A stretch of 64,000 nt of DNA. Source: an uncultured bacterium. GTDB lineage: Bacteria > Verrucomicrobiota > Verrucomicrobiia > Limisphaerales > UBA8199. The notes under the pieces were generated by a model, which ran no database searches, was not told the origin of the DNA, and saw only the letters and a list, made by a program, of their open reading frames with translations. Shown here one piece after another: positions 31,178 to 42,641 of this stretch. The DNA is taken from NCBI GenBank assembly GCA_963749495.1, contig CAVVMW010000012.1:1-64000 (forward strand), read 5' to 3'. Numbering within the stretch: the stretch's first letter is position 1; the number at the start of each line of letters is the position of its first letter. The position numbers and the translations under genes are program-made.

Positions 31178-32098
31178 ATGAAGAGATTTATCGCAACAGG
31201 GCTGTCCGTGCTCTTGCCTGGCTTGTGCCTGGCCCAAAGCAACCCGAGCGCGCTCTCGGCTGGAACAACACTGGACGCCCAGCAAAGCCAGGAGATGCTG
31301 GCTCCGATTGCCGGCTACCGAACGCAGCGGGACCAGCAGCCCGCGCTGGCTACGGTCATTTCCTCCTCGCAAGCCCGGCAGATATTCGAGGCGCAGGTGG
31401 GAAACATGCAGCTGAGCGACATCCCCCTCATCAGCATCGCCGCCTACGCCTTGTGGGCTCATGTGGGACCGCCTTGGGCCAATATTCCGTGCTGGCCCAG
31501 CACGTTCGGCTGCGTCGACAACCCGCTTTACAACACGATCACCGCGCAACTGGTCCGGGGGCTCGAAGGGACCAGCGGCATGGTTTACCCCGGGAGCCAG
31601 GTGGCTGTGAACATGCTCAAGAACCAGGACCAGCAGGAGGAGGCGATTACCGCCATCCAAGACCTGGAAACCAAGAAGGCGGACCTGCGAACCCGACAGG
31701 CTGAATACGAGCAGTCCTATGGGGACGGCTCCTACCACATCAGGATGAACGAGTCGGTCCCCGTCGCCTCGTCTCTGCCCTCGCTCAGCGGCCGGATCGA
31801 TCCGCTCACACAGGCGGCGATGTCGAGCGCGGAACAGGCCCGCCAGAACTCAACGAACATCCAACTGCAAAACCGGCTCTTCTATACCGCGCTGACCAAC
31901 GACGGGACCCTGCTCGACCGCGCCAGTCTGCGCGCCGCCCAGGAGGCGGCCAAGGCCCGCGCGCTGAATGAGCTGCGCGAAGTGATCAACAACCGGCAAA
32001 CGTTCCGGGCGGCGCAGAGGAACGAGGCTGCCCGGAAGGAGTACGACCGGGAAAAAATCGAGCGGGTCCGCGACAACATACCTCAGCAGCAGCCGTGA
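31178..32098 (+). CDS. Secreted helical protein, possible second VirB5-like paralog
   Basis: Signal peptide at ATG 31178; C-terminal half (DGTLLDRA) resembles the preceding gene (DGTLIEQA). Confidence 0.5.
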   Translation: MKRFIATGLSVLLPGLCLAQSNPSALSAGTTLDAQQSQEMLAPIAGYRTQRDQQPALATVISSSQARQIFEAQVGNMQLSDIPLISIAAYALWAHVGPPWANIPCWPSTFGCVDNPLYNTITAQLVRGLEGTSGMVYPGSQVAVNMLKNQDQQEEAITAIQDLETKKADLRTRQAEYEQSYGDGSYHIRMNESVPVASSLPSLSGRIDPLTQAAMSSAEQARQNSTNIQLQNRLFYTALTNDGTLLDRASLRAAQEAAKARALNELREVINNRQTFRAAQRNEAARKEYDREKIERVRDNIPQQQP

Positions 32099-34272
32099 AC
32101 CGGATCGCCGCCATCCTGGTTGTTGCCGCAGCCCTGCGCGGCACCCCGGTTTTTGCCGCCACCTTGCAAGCCAACGACAAGGGCATTACGCCCGAGCTGG
32201 CCAACCAAGTGGCTCAGATCCTCCGGGGCGAATACCAGATGAACACCCCCACGGATGACCAGTTTGCGCTCGATCCCAACCGTGACTACACGACGCTGGA
32301 GGGCATGCTCGGGAGCGACCCCAACAACGAGTTCGGCTCGTCCCAGCGGCTGATGGTCCGTTCCTTGTTCGCGTTCGGCGCTTCCATGGACAACGCCGCT
32401 TTGTCCTCGATCAAAAACATGTTCAGCGGCGTGCCCCTGCTCAAAGACATCAACATCAACAACACGGACCCCAAGGTCGGGCTCTTGTCCGGATATGTCA
32501 TTGTGCCTGTTCTGGTCCGCGTGTTCGCGACGATGGACATTTACTTCACCAACTTCTTCGGCGGAGGCATGTATTACGTCCTTTTTCTGCTGTTCATGGT
32601 TACGACAGGGGCGGCCCTCATCCGCCAGTTGCACGAGGGGCGGCTGGATTACGCGTCATGGCTCGGCCGGGCCGTCTTTGCGGTCTTGTGCATGCTTAAG
32701 GCCAATGTGCTGTGCAATTATGTGCTGGCGGCCGCCATCGGCATTGCCGCCTGCATCAACGGCGCGATCATCAACGGGATGGTCAGCCAGGAAGGCCTGA
32801 ACGATTGGTACCTGAAGGTCTATGGCCCGCAACTGACGCGCAACTGCTACGCCATCATCACCGGGCCTGAGAAAGCGGCGCTGGCCACGGCCTTTTCCGA
32901 GCAGCGGGACATGTACAACATCTCCCGTTACATCCTGTTCGAGAACGGCAGCCAAACCGCGACCACGCTGGCGAAGTATCTGGGCGGTTCCCAGGGTTAC
33001 AACTCCGCCGCGGGAGGAACGGACCCGCAGATCAGCGGCACCTCCCTTAAAGAGGCCGCCTCCATGTACTGCCTCATGACCGTTTACAACGTGGGGATGC
33101 AAAACCTAGAGGCCCACCGCAACATGGGCATGGACGACGTGGACGCCGAGGAAGCCGCTTTCAAACTGGCGATCGCCCAGATCTATTACAACAACGACGG
33201 CCTCACGGCCGGCGACCAGTCCCTGATCGATGCCGCCGCTGACACCCTCACGATCCCTGGAGGGACAACCACCTGGGCTTACCTGGCCAACAACACGCTG
33301 GACCCCCAGGCCGCGCAATGGAGCTCCTGGTATCAACAGCCGGCCGTGCTGCAACTGGCGACGGTCACTCAGGTCGCTGGCGGGCGCAGCCCGACCGGAA
33401 CGGGCAGTTCGCTCTGGTCCACGATCATCAGCTGGATCGGCAAAGCCGGCGCCGCAGTTTACAACGTCGTGTCCTGGCTCCCGGCCAAGGTGGCTACATT
33501 CCTCACTCAAGGCGCGCAGCAGGCCTTGCTCCTGGGCGGGATGCTGATCTGGATGATGCTGGGCATTGCGCTGTGCAAGCTCGGCGTGATCCTGGTGGTG
33601 ATGACCAGCCCCTTCATCATGCTGCCCAACACCGCGAAGATCTTTTGGAGCGCCGTCAAGACCATGATCTACCCCTCCATTTACCCGGCCATGCTGATCG
33701 TCATCATGCAGATGCTGGCCGCGCTGACCTCGTGGATTGGGACCATCGCCGGCCTGACGGGGGCCATGGCGCTGATTCTAAGCCAGCTCCCGCTGCTCTT
33801 CGGGTTGGTCACCATTATCGCGCTGCCAAAGATCGTCAAGATCATGCTCGGTGGGGGCAACATTTTCATGGCGCAAATGAATGTTGCCAAAGGAGTCGCC
33901 ATGCTGGCTGCAGCGGCGGCTACCGGCGGCATCGCCGCCGTCGGGCTGGGCGGGGCAGCCGCCGCGGGGGCTGCCGCCAAAGGGGCCGGCGCGGCAGCCT
34001 CGGCAGCCGGCGGTGCAAGTGGCGGGCTCGCCGGCGGCACGCCGCCGGTCATTGCCTGGGGAGGGGCGGCGACCGCCGGGCCCAAGGACCGCGCCCTGCT
34101 GGGCGCCGCCCGGAGCGCGGGCAGGGTCCTTGGCGTCACGGACCGAAAATCTGCCGGGAAGGCTGCACTCTGGGCCGCCGTCGGTGGAGCTCCCGGCCTG
34201 GCGGTCTTCGCCGCCAGCAACGCGATCAAGGGCTACCGCGAGCGCAAACAGGCCAAGGCAAATGAAGCGTAA
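32095..34272 (+). CDS. VirB6/TrbL-like polytopic membrane protein
   Basis: Multiple TMs, SPFIML..T.KIF..., Ala/Gly-rich C-terminal tail typical of TrbL. Confidence 0.7.
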   Translation: MNRIAAILVVAAALRGTPVFAATLQANDKGITPELANQVAQILRGEYQMNTPTDDQFALDPNRDYTTLEGMLGSDPNNEFGSSQRLMVRSLFAFGASMDNAALSSIKNMFSGVPLLKDININNTDPKVGLLSGYVIVPVLVRVFATMDIYFTNFFGGGMYYVLFLLFMVTTGAALIRQLHEGRLDYASWLGRAVFAVLCMLKANVLCNYVLAAAIGIAACINGAIINGMVSQEGLNDWYLKVYGPQLTRNCYAIITGPEKAALATAFSEQRDMYNISRYILFENGSQTATTLAKYLGGSQGYNSAAGGTDPQISGTSLKEAASMYCLMTVYNVGMQNLEAHRNMGMDDVDAEEAAFKLAIAQIYYNNDGLTAGDQSLIDAAADTLTIPGGTTTWAYLANNTLDPQAAQWSSWYQQPAVLQLATVTQVAGGRSPTGTGSSLWSTIISWIGKAGAAVYNVVSWLPAKVATFLTQGAQQALLLGGMLIWMMLGIALCKLGVILVVMTSPFIMLPNTAKIFWSAVKTMIYPSIYPAMLIVIMQMLAALTSWIGTIAGLTGAMALILSQLPLLFGLVTIIALPKIVKIMLGGGNIFMAQMNVAKGVAMLAAAAATGGIAAVGLGGAAAAGAAAKGAGAAASAAGGASGGLAGGTPPVIAWGGAATAGPKDRALLGAARSAGRVLGVTDRKSAGKAALWAAVGGAPGLAVFAASNAIKGYRERKQAKANEA

Positions 34273-34594
34273 AGGTGGTTTCACTTTGGTCGAGATGGTC
34301 ATGATATTGACGGTGATCTTCATCCTGGCCGCGATTGGCGCCTGGAGGGTGGCCAGCCTCAAAGACGCATCGAACCAGGTCGCCCAGGACGACGCCTTGG
34401 CAACCCTGCTGCGGATGCAACAACTGGCTGATATGGAGGGTCTCCAGGAAACTGCGACGGACACCCTGGGCCGCATCCTCGAGCTGCAGAGCCTGCTCGC
34501 CGCCAAGGGCCACTATTACTACCAATTCAACCCGACAAATCTCGCCGCAAAAGTCGCCTACGACGCCGTGCCCCAACAATGGCGCAACCCATGA
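34262..34594 (+). CDS. Type IV prepilin-like protein
   Basis: MKRKGG/FTLVEMVMILTVIFILAAIG. Confidence 0.85.
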   Translation: MKRKGGFTLVEMVMILTVIFILAAIGAWRVASLKDASNQVAQDDALATLLRMQQLADMEGLQETATDTLGRILELQSLLAAKGHYYYQFNPTNLAAKVAYDAVPQQWRNP

Positions 34595-34881
34595 GAGAAA
34601 TCCTTGTGGCCATGATGAATTGGTTCGCGCGCCCCTTTCCCTCCACCAACGCCGTGGTCTTAAGCATCTTCGCGAGCCTGCTGTTCCTGACCGGGGTGGC
34701 CGTTGCCTGGCATCCTGCGATCACGGAACTCTTCGACATCCTTCAGGCACCCAAGCTGCGAATCGCGTTGCGCATCCTGGCGTTCCTTTTCTTTTCCTGT
34801 TACTGCACTCTCGGCTCGCTCTGCCGCATCCTCATCCAATTCTTTCCAGAAAAGTTCGGCCAGGACCAAGGGCACATATAG
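34591..34881 (+). CDS. Small 2-TM membrane protein
   Basis: ATGA overlap with the pilin; two hydrophobic segments. Confidence 0.55.
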   Translation: MREILVAMMNWFARPFPSTNAVVLSIFASLLFLTGVAVAWHPAITELFDILQAPKLRIALRILAFLFFSCYCTLGSLCRILIQFFPEKFGQDQGHI

Positions 34882-35021
34882 CGCGCCGAATGCGGGCTTG
34901 CTCCCGCATTTTTTCGGACGAAGCCGAACACATTTCGCTTGAGAGACCTAGAATGGAGAAGACGGGCCTTGCGATTAAACGAAAGGCCGAAACACAAATG
35001 CAACGCGTAAACGAGATCAAC

Positions 35022-35357
35022 ATGAAAACCTTGGTGCCGAAACTCCTTCTTGGGCTGCTCACCCTGATGCTCCTGGCCAGCCCCCACTTGGCGTGGGCCC
35101 AGACGCAAGGCGGGCTGACCGTCAACAATTTCAAGGACGCCTCCACCGAAAGTTCTGGCTTAACGAACACCCTTTACACGGTAACCCATTACGCCCTCTA
35201 CGTATTTTATCTGTTGGGCATCATCTTCATGGGGATCGCTGCCGTGAAGTTCAAGGGCGGCGACATGGAAGCCATGGGCAAAAACCTCGGCGGCTCCGTC
35301 ATACTCTTCCTGGTGCCGAAGATCGTGGAGACTCTGATCACCTGGGCGGCCAAGTAG
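35022..35357 (+). CDS. VirB2/TraA-like conjugative pilin
   Basis: Signal ending AWA-Q, then two TM helices joined by a KFKGGD loop; 111 aa. Confidence 0.6.
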   Translation: MKTLVPKLLLGLLTLMLLASPHLAWAQTQGGLTVNNFKDASTESSGLTNTLYTVTHYALYVFYLLGIIFMGIAAVKFKGGDMEAMGKNLGGSVILFLVPKIVETLITWAAK

Positions 35358-35460
35358 CGGATCCCTGGGCGAAGGCGGCTTGATCACTCGATCACCACGC
35401 CAATCCGGCGAGGACGACCGACCGGGAGTTCTGCCTCCGTGCCACCAGCTGAGTGTCGCT

Positions 35461-36978
35461 TTATTGCCTGACCTGCTTCGGCAGCATCAACCGAATTCCC
35501 CTGTCTTCAGCCTCGTTTGCATCGAGGAAGGCGTGGGTGGCCTGCAAATCCGCGCGGGCCGCATTGAAGTCCTCCCATCGAATGGCGGCGGTGTACCGCT
35601 GCGCAAAATCGAGCACCTGAACAATGGGAGTGCTCTTCCCGGACTGAGAAAGCGCCTTTAACGCGCTGACGTAGTTATCCCGGTAGACGGTGGGAATGAT
35701 GATCTTTTGTTCGTCCTGCGCCACCAGCTCGGCGTTCATCATTATCCGCGCTATTCGCCCATTGCCGTCGACAAAGGGATGAACTTCGCTTACGAGGAGC
35801 ATCATGAAGATGGCTCGATGCAGCGCCAGCTCGAGCCCGCGGTAAATCTCAAACCCCTTTTCGAGGGTTCCCAGTACCAGGTCGGGGGCAACAAAGACCG
35901 TGCTGCCCGCTCGGTTCTCCTTGGACTTGAACTGGCCCGGCATTTTATCGTGCCGCAGCGCCATGCATGCAGCATGGCGCTCCTTTAGAAGCGAGACAAA
36001 GCTGTCAAAATCACGAGGCGTTCGGGCCATCTCCGCGTTGTTGGAAACAATTCGGAAGGTGCCTAGAATATCGTGTGCATCCTCAGGGCGCTCCCGGGGG
36101 ATAACCCCGTGGAAGACGATGTCCACCGCCTCCTCGATGGCAAACTCGGTGCCCTCGATGTAGTTGGAGAAATACGCCTCAAAGAAGGCAAGATTCGTTT
36201 TGGCCGAGTCTGCCATGCGCCCCGCTGGCCTCGTGACCGGGGCCCTGGCCCGCAACTCCTCAAACAACGCTTGGAACGGAGCCAACCGATCCGGGTCATA
36301 CGGCTTCCCTCTTTTGCGCGCCTGCCCCAGGGAAGTTTCGAGCTTTGCCTCCCGCGTCCCAAGGAATGTGCCGATCAGTTCGTCGAGCAAACGGAATTCT
36401 TCCGCCATGGCAAGCTGCCTGCTGGCCTCGCGGGCATCATCCCGTAGCCTGTTGAGAGCCGCTTCTCCACCTTGGCGTAATAAGCTATCGAGCCGTCCCT
36501 CCAGCTCCGACCTGGGCAAAGTCCGCGCCACCTCCGCCCCACGTTTGCGGGACGGTCGCATGTTCTCCAACCAGGCGCGCGGTGCGGAACACAGTCGGAT
36601 ATCGCCCAAAAACGGCAGGTCGTTTTGCAGGGGTGGATGGCCTTTGCGCGGACGAAAGGTGATGCCAGGCAATCTGACTGGCCGTGTTCCGGAGGAGATG
36701 ATGAAAACAGAGCCATCGGCTGCTGGACGGTTTTCAAGTGCCGTCCGATCCGAAATCAGCGCGTCTGGAAAATAATCCTTCAACAGAGCATGCCAGTTCC
36801 TTCTGACGATCCGCTCAGGTGGCTCGGTCATGTTCTTGGTGTAAAGACGGGAGCCGACTTTGCGCAGGCGCCCGGATTTTACGGCCTTGGAGACAGCAGA
36901 GCTCATTGGCTTGCTGGAAACAAAGATCTCCGGCAGGCTGTCCAAACTCAGAGGCGACTTTTTGACGGTTAAAGCCAT
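35461..36978 (-). CDS. fic: Fic-domain protein (AMPylase-type) with N-terminal extension
   Basis: Canonical HPFVDGNGRIAR motif; YFSNYIEG. Start uncertain (36978 or 36993). Confidence 0.9.
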   Translation of the reverse strand: MALTVKKSPLSLDSLPEIFVSSKPMSSAVSKAVKSGRLRKVGSRLYTKNMTEPPERIVRRNWHALLKDYFPDALISDRTALENRPAADGSVFIISSGTRPVRLPGITFRPRKGHPPLQNDLPFLGDIRLCSAPRAWLENMRPSRKRGAEVARTLPRSELEGRLDSLLRQGGEAALNRLRDDAREASRQLAMAEEFRLLDELIGTFLGTREAKLETSLGQARKRGKPYDPDRLAPFQALFEELRARAPVTRPAGRMADSAKTNLAFFEAYFSNYIEGTEFAIEEAVDIVFHGVIPRERPEDAHDILGTFRIVSNNAEMARTPRDFDSFVSLLKERHAACMALRHDKMPGQFKSKENRAGSTVFVAPDLVLGTLEKGFEIYRGLELALHRAIFMMLLVSEVHPFVDGNGRIARIMMNAELVAQDEQKIIIPTVYRDNYVSALKALSQSGKSTPIVQVLDFAQRYTAAIRWEDFNAARADLQATHAFLDANEAEDRGIRLMLPKQVRQ

Positions 36979-37283
36979 CGTGATAGCGAGCATAATCCAC
37001 TTTTTGCTACTTAGCAACAGTTTATTCCACTTTTCGCGGCTTATTTATTCGCGTTGCGGGGAAATTCCACCCACTCCATCGTTCGGACAATAAGCCACGA
37101 AAAGTTGCCTGATGTCCTTGTTAACTAGCAAAAATTGGATTGGTTTTGGGGCCGGCGAGGATCGATAAGGGACAGCGAACGGCGCTCGTGTCCGACAGGC
37201 TCTTTGGGGACAGGCGAGTGCAGGATGCCTTTCTAACGTCATGGCCACCTTCTACGGGGTGATTTTCGCCAAACGACGAAAAC

Positions 37284-37553
37284 ATGAGCCAAAAGCAAAC
37301 GGTCAAAGTGGTGACCACGAACCTGCCAGGGATGCTCGCCGTCTTGACACCAACTCGTGCCCGCGATTGGAAAATTCGAGAGGGGCCTGATTCGCGGTGC
37401 GGGATCGATTACTACTACGGGCACCGCCAGGGGAGAGAAGCCTACATCAACATTGACCAGGGTCACTTTACGATCAGTGTGGCGGGCGAGGTCCTCTTTA
37501 CGGGCAACCCCGTCGAGGACCCCCGGCTCAAGCGCTTCGTCGTGGAACGGTAG
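37284..37553 (+). CDS. Small hypothetical protein
   Basis: 89-aa ORF with normal composition. Confidence 0.5.
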   Translation: MSQKQTVKVVTTNLPGMLAVLTPTRARDWKIREGPDSRCGIDYYYGHRQGREAYINIDQGHFTISVAGEVLFTGNPVEDPRLKRFVVER

Positions 37554-37838
37554 GGAACACGCCTGCCCGGGAATGCTGTGGACAGGAGCAAAGGCGGATT
37601 TCACGAGCCCCAACCCAATGGTCCAGATTGCCCAGGAGAACGACCGCCATTCCCTAGGAGCTTACCTCACTTTGGGCCCCGTGCCCTCCTGAACGTGGAC
37701 ACCGCCCTGTGGCAAAGGCCCCTTCTGGGGCTGCCGCTCGAACGCATACTCCGTGCTCGGACTCTGCTCTTTGGCCTTGCCCGGACCTCCAGCGCCTGAA
37801 GTGCTCTGGGCGCCAGCGTCATGGTTGGCCTTCAGCCT

Positions 37839-38690
37839 CTAGATGGCCCGCTTCAGCGACTCCTTTTCGCGGTGTTCAGCGGCTTCGCTGACGGTTTTAG
37901 GGCCCGCTTCGCCCATCGGCTCGCTTTTGCCGGGAGCCGCCTGCCGCGCTTCTGTTTGTCTCGGCCGGATCAGCCCTCCCGTCAGCCACATCGAGAAGCC
38001 GACAATAACCATCCATACGCCAGCCCTGGTGAGGAAGCCTGCGAATCCTTGAATGTCTGCTTTTGTTGCTATGTCGTCCGGTCGCGGAGCCCTGAGCGGG
38101 ATTTTGATGAGTGCGGTTACCAATGCCATCACGCCGAACATAAGGATGAAACCCCCAGTGCGCTGGAGCCAAGCGCCAAGTTTAATGGCAACCCTGCCCC
38201 GGTGTTCTTTCAGCGAGACCAGCGCGCACGAGACAAGCATCAAGACAACGCCACCCGGAAGCAACGCGAGTACGCAGGTTCCGCAGAAATAATACGCCAC
38301 CTTCAATATCCCTCGCAAGTCCGTAGGATCCGGATAATTGTTAGTTATCACGATAAGCGCAACCCCCATGACAGCCCCGGCGATTAAGCTCGCGCAGCCT
38401 AACCCGCCCGCAGTAGTATCGAGCTTGGAAACTGCCTTCTTGGGGATCTCCTCCGCTCCCTCTAGCTTGAGGGCTGAAGGCGGGGGCTCAGTGCCAGGGC
38501 TTCGGGCACTGTCCCCGCCCTTGGTGGTGTCTGAGTTGTCGTCGAGGTTCGCCAACGTCGAAACAGAAGCCAGGGATGGCCCCGTTCGCTCGGTAGTCGG
38601 TGATTCCTTTTCGCCCGACCCTTTTCGGTCGGGCTGCAGGCTCAGGGGAGATGGGGGCGCTTCCTGGCGTTTGAGTGGTGAGTCATTCAT
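37839..38690 (-). CDS. Membrane protein (4 TM) with a disordered N-terminus
   Basis: Four hydrophobic segments; start uncertain (38690 or 38786). Confidence 0.6.
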   Translation of the reverse strand: MNDSPLKRQEAPPSPLSLQPDRKGSGEKESPTTERTGPSLASVSTLANLDDNSDTTKGGDSARSPGTEPPPSALKLEGAEEIPKKAVSKLDTTAGGLGCASLIAGAVMGVALIVITNNYPDPTDLRGILKVAYYFCGTCVLALLPGGVVLMLVSCALVSLKEHRGRVAIKLGAWLQRTGGFILMFGVMALVTALIKIPLRAPRPDDIATKADIQGFAGFLTRAGVWMVIVGFSMWLTGGLIRPRQTEARQAAPGKSEPMGEAGPKTVSEAAEHREKESLKRAI

Positions 38691-38922
38691 ACAGAGTTTG
38701 AATAGCGGTTGTTCTCGCAGCCCTACGCCGCGGGGACGCACAACTGAGGCAGCGTTGGTCCTGGGTCCCGTGCGGCGACATTGCATTTTGCATTATGGAG
38801 AGTTCGGACCCGCACGTCAATCAAATCCAAATGCCAAGCGCATGCCCAGCAGGCTGCCCACCTTCTGGCCCGTGCGGATGGTTGGAGTATCATGGCCAAG
38901 AGGCAGTCTTTCTCGCCTAACG

Positions 38923-39447
38923 CTAAGAAAGCAAATTCTCGGTTTCGCGCAAGTCGGCCACGAGCGTCTGCTGAACTAGCCCAGTGCCTGATTTGCCCGA
39001 TGTGGTCCGCAGCCGGCCGGAGCATGATGAAAAAGTTCCGCCGTTTGCGCGCCACCCCCAATAGACGAGAAAGAGTCGGAGGCCTGACGCAGCATCCAGC
39101 ATTTTGCCCTGTTGCCCTCCCACCACCTCGTTCAGCTCGGCGGTTTCGATTATGCCGTCGACGACCTGGCTGAACTGCTGCTTTCCTGGCGGAGCAAACT
39201 CGATGACGCTGATTTGCCGGTCCAGTTCAGTTCGGGGGGCGATGTCATAGGAGTCCTTGACCCGGATGAGGTAGTCTCCGTGGCTGGTGGCCTGGTAATA
39301 ACCCCTGGCGGTGGCGTCCTGGGGGGCGGGCCCATCAGCTCGGAGGCCAGAGGCAGGGCCTCGATGTCTTTGACTTGCGTTTTGATTTCCGTGGAGTGAC
39401 TTGTGTTCCTGGTTTCGCTGGTTGTTCACCTGTTTCTTTACTGCCAA
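38923..39447 (-). CDS. Possible hypothetical protein or fragment
   Basis: Middle part (GYYQ..GDYLIRVKDSYDI) looks protein-like; both ends doubtful. Confidence 0.3.
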   Translation of the reverse strand: MAVKKQVNNQRNQEHKSLHGNQNASQRHRGPASGLRADGPAPQDATARGYYQATSHGDYLIRVKDSYDIAPRTELDRQISVIEFAPPGKQQFSQVVDGIIETAELNEVVGGQQGKMLDAASGLRLFLVYWGWRANGGTFSSCSGRLRTTSGKSGTGLVQQTLVADLRETENLLS

Positions 39448-39630
39448 CTCTTACGGCTTGAGGTCCCCCTGGCTGCCGCTGTTGGCGTGCCGCCCCGCGC
39501 CCGCCGGCAACAGCGAGTCGGGCCTGGGTTAGCCTGTGGTGACCGGCGTCCTCGAAATGTTCCACGTTCGGGTGATTTTGAATCCCCGACTGGATACCCA
39601 GCCGACTGCCATCCCCGGCATGATATTGGC

Positions 39631-39660
39631 TTGACCGCTAAGGCCGATACGCTCGATAAT
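39631..39660 (+). promoter_or_regulatory. Sigma70-like promoter TTGACC-N18-GATAAT, 6 nt before ATG 39667
   Basis: Direct motif match and spacing. Confidence 0.5.
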
Positions 39661-39666
39661 GGGGTT

Positions 39667-42641
39667 ATGACAGCAGCACAGGCCAGATCCCCAGGCTGGG
39701 CTGGAGCGTGCATCGTGCTCCGGCTTCCTTCGGGAACTCGACTCAGAGCGATTGCCTCTTCCACACTGGGCGTGGCCCTGGTGGCTATCGTTCTTAGCGG
39801 GTGCTCCCGTGGATCGTCGGAGAGCAGGTACTCCTGAAGCTGTCGCCAATAGCCTTCTGGAGGGATCGGCTGACACGCCTAGCCTGCCCCGAGGGTCGGT
39901 CGCGAGCGTTCGGAGCGCGGCTGTCCCTTCGCTCATCGCGTGCCTGGACGACAGGCGTCCGGAGGTGCGGGTCCGAGCGGCGAGGGTGCTCGCGCGGATC
40001 GTGGATCCACGGGTGCCACTCGCGTTGAGGGCTCGACCTCAAGGACCCCGAATGCGGTGTTCGTGCCGCCGCTGCGTCAGCGCTGGGAAGCCTCAAGGAT
40101 GCAAGCAGCGTGCGTGCCCTCGTCGCTTGCTTGAATGAGGCGGCTGCAAACCGGAAGAAAGCTGAGGGGGCAATTATTCCTGACTCCGATCCGCTCATCG
40201 AAGGCCTGAGGCGAAAGCTGGCCGCTGAGCCGCACCTCAGCTTGTGTTCCAATATTGTGGAAGCGTTAGCCAACATCGGGGACGCTCCCGCGATTGGGGT
40301 GCTTGTTGAGTCATTGAAAAACCCAAGTCCCGAATTGAGGAGATTTGCTGCACACTCGCTCTTGAGGGCAGGCTACACGACAACGAATGACGGCGAGAGA
40401 ATCTGCCTGCTGATTGCATCTGAAGACTGGCGCGGACTATTGGCTATGGGCAAACGATCGGTTGCCCCTCTTTTTTCCTTTTATACGCAAGAGCACGACT
40501 ACATGGCTCTGCAGACGCTGGCGAAATTCGGTCCCCGAGCGATCGATGAGATCGTCGCGGGCGTCACCAATGTTGACCGTCAGGTGCGCCTTGACGCCAT
40601 CGAGGTCTTGTCGTACATGAAGGATACTAACACTTTGGGACTCCTAATAGCCTGCTTGAAAGACCCAGATGGCGATGTCCGCCAGGCGGCTGCATCCGCC
40701 CTCGGTCGAATAGGAGATACTGCGGCGGTCGGTCCTCTAGCCGACTCCTTGACGGATAATACGTGGAAACAGGCCTGGAGAGCCCTTGAGGCTCTTGGAA
40801 GGCTCGGAGATCCAAGGGCCCTACCTGCAATCGCTCCATTTCTTGTCAGTTCGAATGGGGCCATGCGTAACGAGGCTTGGAGCGCGCTGGAGAAGATAAG
40901 CGGCCCCGAGGCCATGCATTTAGCCATAGGCCTAGTCAACGATTCCAATGAATCAGTGCGCCACGAGGCATTAGAGGCCTTGAACACTCTAGCCAACGAG
41001 GACGCTGTTGGGCCTTTAATTGAGGGCATAAAGAAATACCCTATGGACTGTGGTAGGTACGCGGCGGTGCTGCAAAAGCTCGGTAGATCACCGTTGCATG
41101 AGCTAGTCGAACTTCTAAAAGATGCCCCTCCGTCCGCTGGGCCACAGGCAATACGTGCGTTAGAAAGGCTCGGGCAGCCAGCGATTGAGCCGCTCACGAG
41201 ATTCCTCGAGCACCCCGCCAAGGAGGTCAGGGAACAGGTTGCGCGTGCCCTTTCGAGCCTTGGGGGAATCCCTTCCAGCGCCGACCGGCGAGCGCAATAC
41301 TTCCTAGCCCTAAATGCCGACTGGGAGGTATTAAAGATCGGCAAGCCCGCCGTGCCACTCTTGGCCTCCTACTTGACCAACGATGAACCTAGCCTGCGGA
41401 ACCGCTCAGCAGCACTCCTGGCACAAATGGGTTTCGTCCCGGCCGATGAGGTGGCGAAGGCGAAGTCCGTCGCAATTTTGATGGCCTGCCTGACGAACGC
41501 TGACTTGGGGGACAGCGGCGTTGTTGTCGGTGCTATCGATTTCGATTACCTGAGTACGTTCGGACAAAACCCCGCGAGGGATAGAACAATGCGCAGGCGC
41601 TCCGCGATTGGGGACACGGCTGCCGGCTTGGCTGTGCTCGGAGAACAACAGGCCGTGCGACCCTTGATTGCCTTCCTTGATGACGCGGATCCCTGTATAC
41701 GCGAATACGCTGCGAAGGCCTTGGGAAAACTGGGTGACGCAAGGGCTGTTCGGCCTTTGGTTGCTTGTCTGAAAGCCGCGTATTCTGAAGCTCGCAAGCA
41801 CCCACTGAGGACCGAGTCGTTTGAGACCGCCAACGGTAACATTGACGCCGGCGCCTTCCTGAGGGCAAGAAGCGAGGATCCCTGGGTAACCGGATGGGAG
41901 ACCGTTCGCGACGCAGTCACGAATGCATTAACCCAACTCGGCAAGCCTGTCGTTGACGCGTTGGTTGAATGCTTGAGCGATGGAGAGTGGAGTGTAAGAA
42001 AGGATGCAGGTTTAGCGCTCCAGAGACTAGGCTTCACTGCCCCGAGCCCGGACGACGAGGCCCGGTACTTCGTTGCTACGGGGCAGTGGGATCGTCTGAG
42101 GAGGCTGGGCAGCGCGGCCCCCGCTGCACTAAACGATTGTTTCTCCTGCGATGAGGTCGCAGTTCGGCGGAGGGCCATCGAGACGCTCGAGGCAATCGGA
42201 AGCGAAGAAGCCGTGACCGTCCTGAAGTCGGCGATGCCCGATTGGGAAATCAACGAAGACTTGGGAGCGGCTCTGGACCGCATGGGCTGGCGGCCTCGCA
42301 CGGAGCAAGAGAGGGTCTATCTGTGGATATGCAAGCATGAACGTGCAGCTCTGGAGCGTGCCTGGCCAATGACCGAGAAGATCCTTTTGGACGACGTAAG
42401 GTCTCGGCAGGCAAAGAGGCTGGAGAATGCCGTCCTTACATTCATCTGCATGGGCAAAGAGAAAATGATAGCAGAGTTGGTCCGAATCCTCAGCGATAGC
42501 GGCTATAAGGAGATGGCAGAAACCTATTTGAACTGCGGGCACAGCCATCTGGCCGCAGCCGCGCGAGAGTGGGCGAAAAACCACGGGTACAACATCATTT
42601 CGCGCCAGGGGAGCCACAAGGCATCTTGGAACGCGTGGTAG
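39667..42641 (+). CDS. HEAT/PBS-lyase repeat lipoprotein (two apparent frameshifts, ~39830 and ~40035)
   Basis: Lipobox LSGC; many L.D....VR..AA.ALG.IGD..AV..L repeats across three joined frames. Confidence 0.8.
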
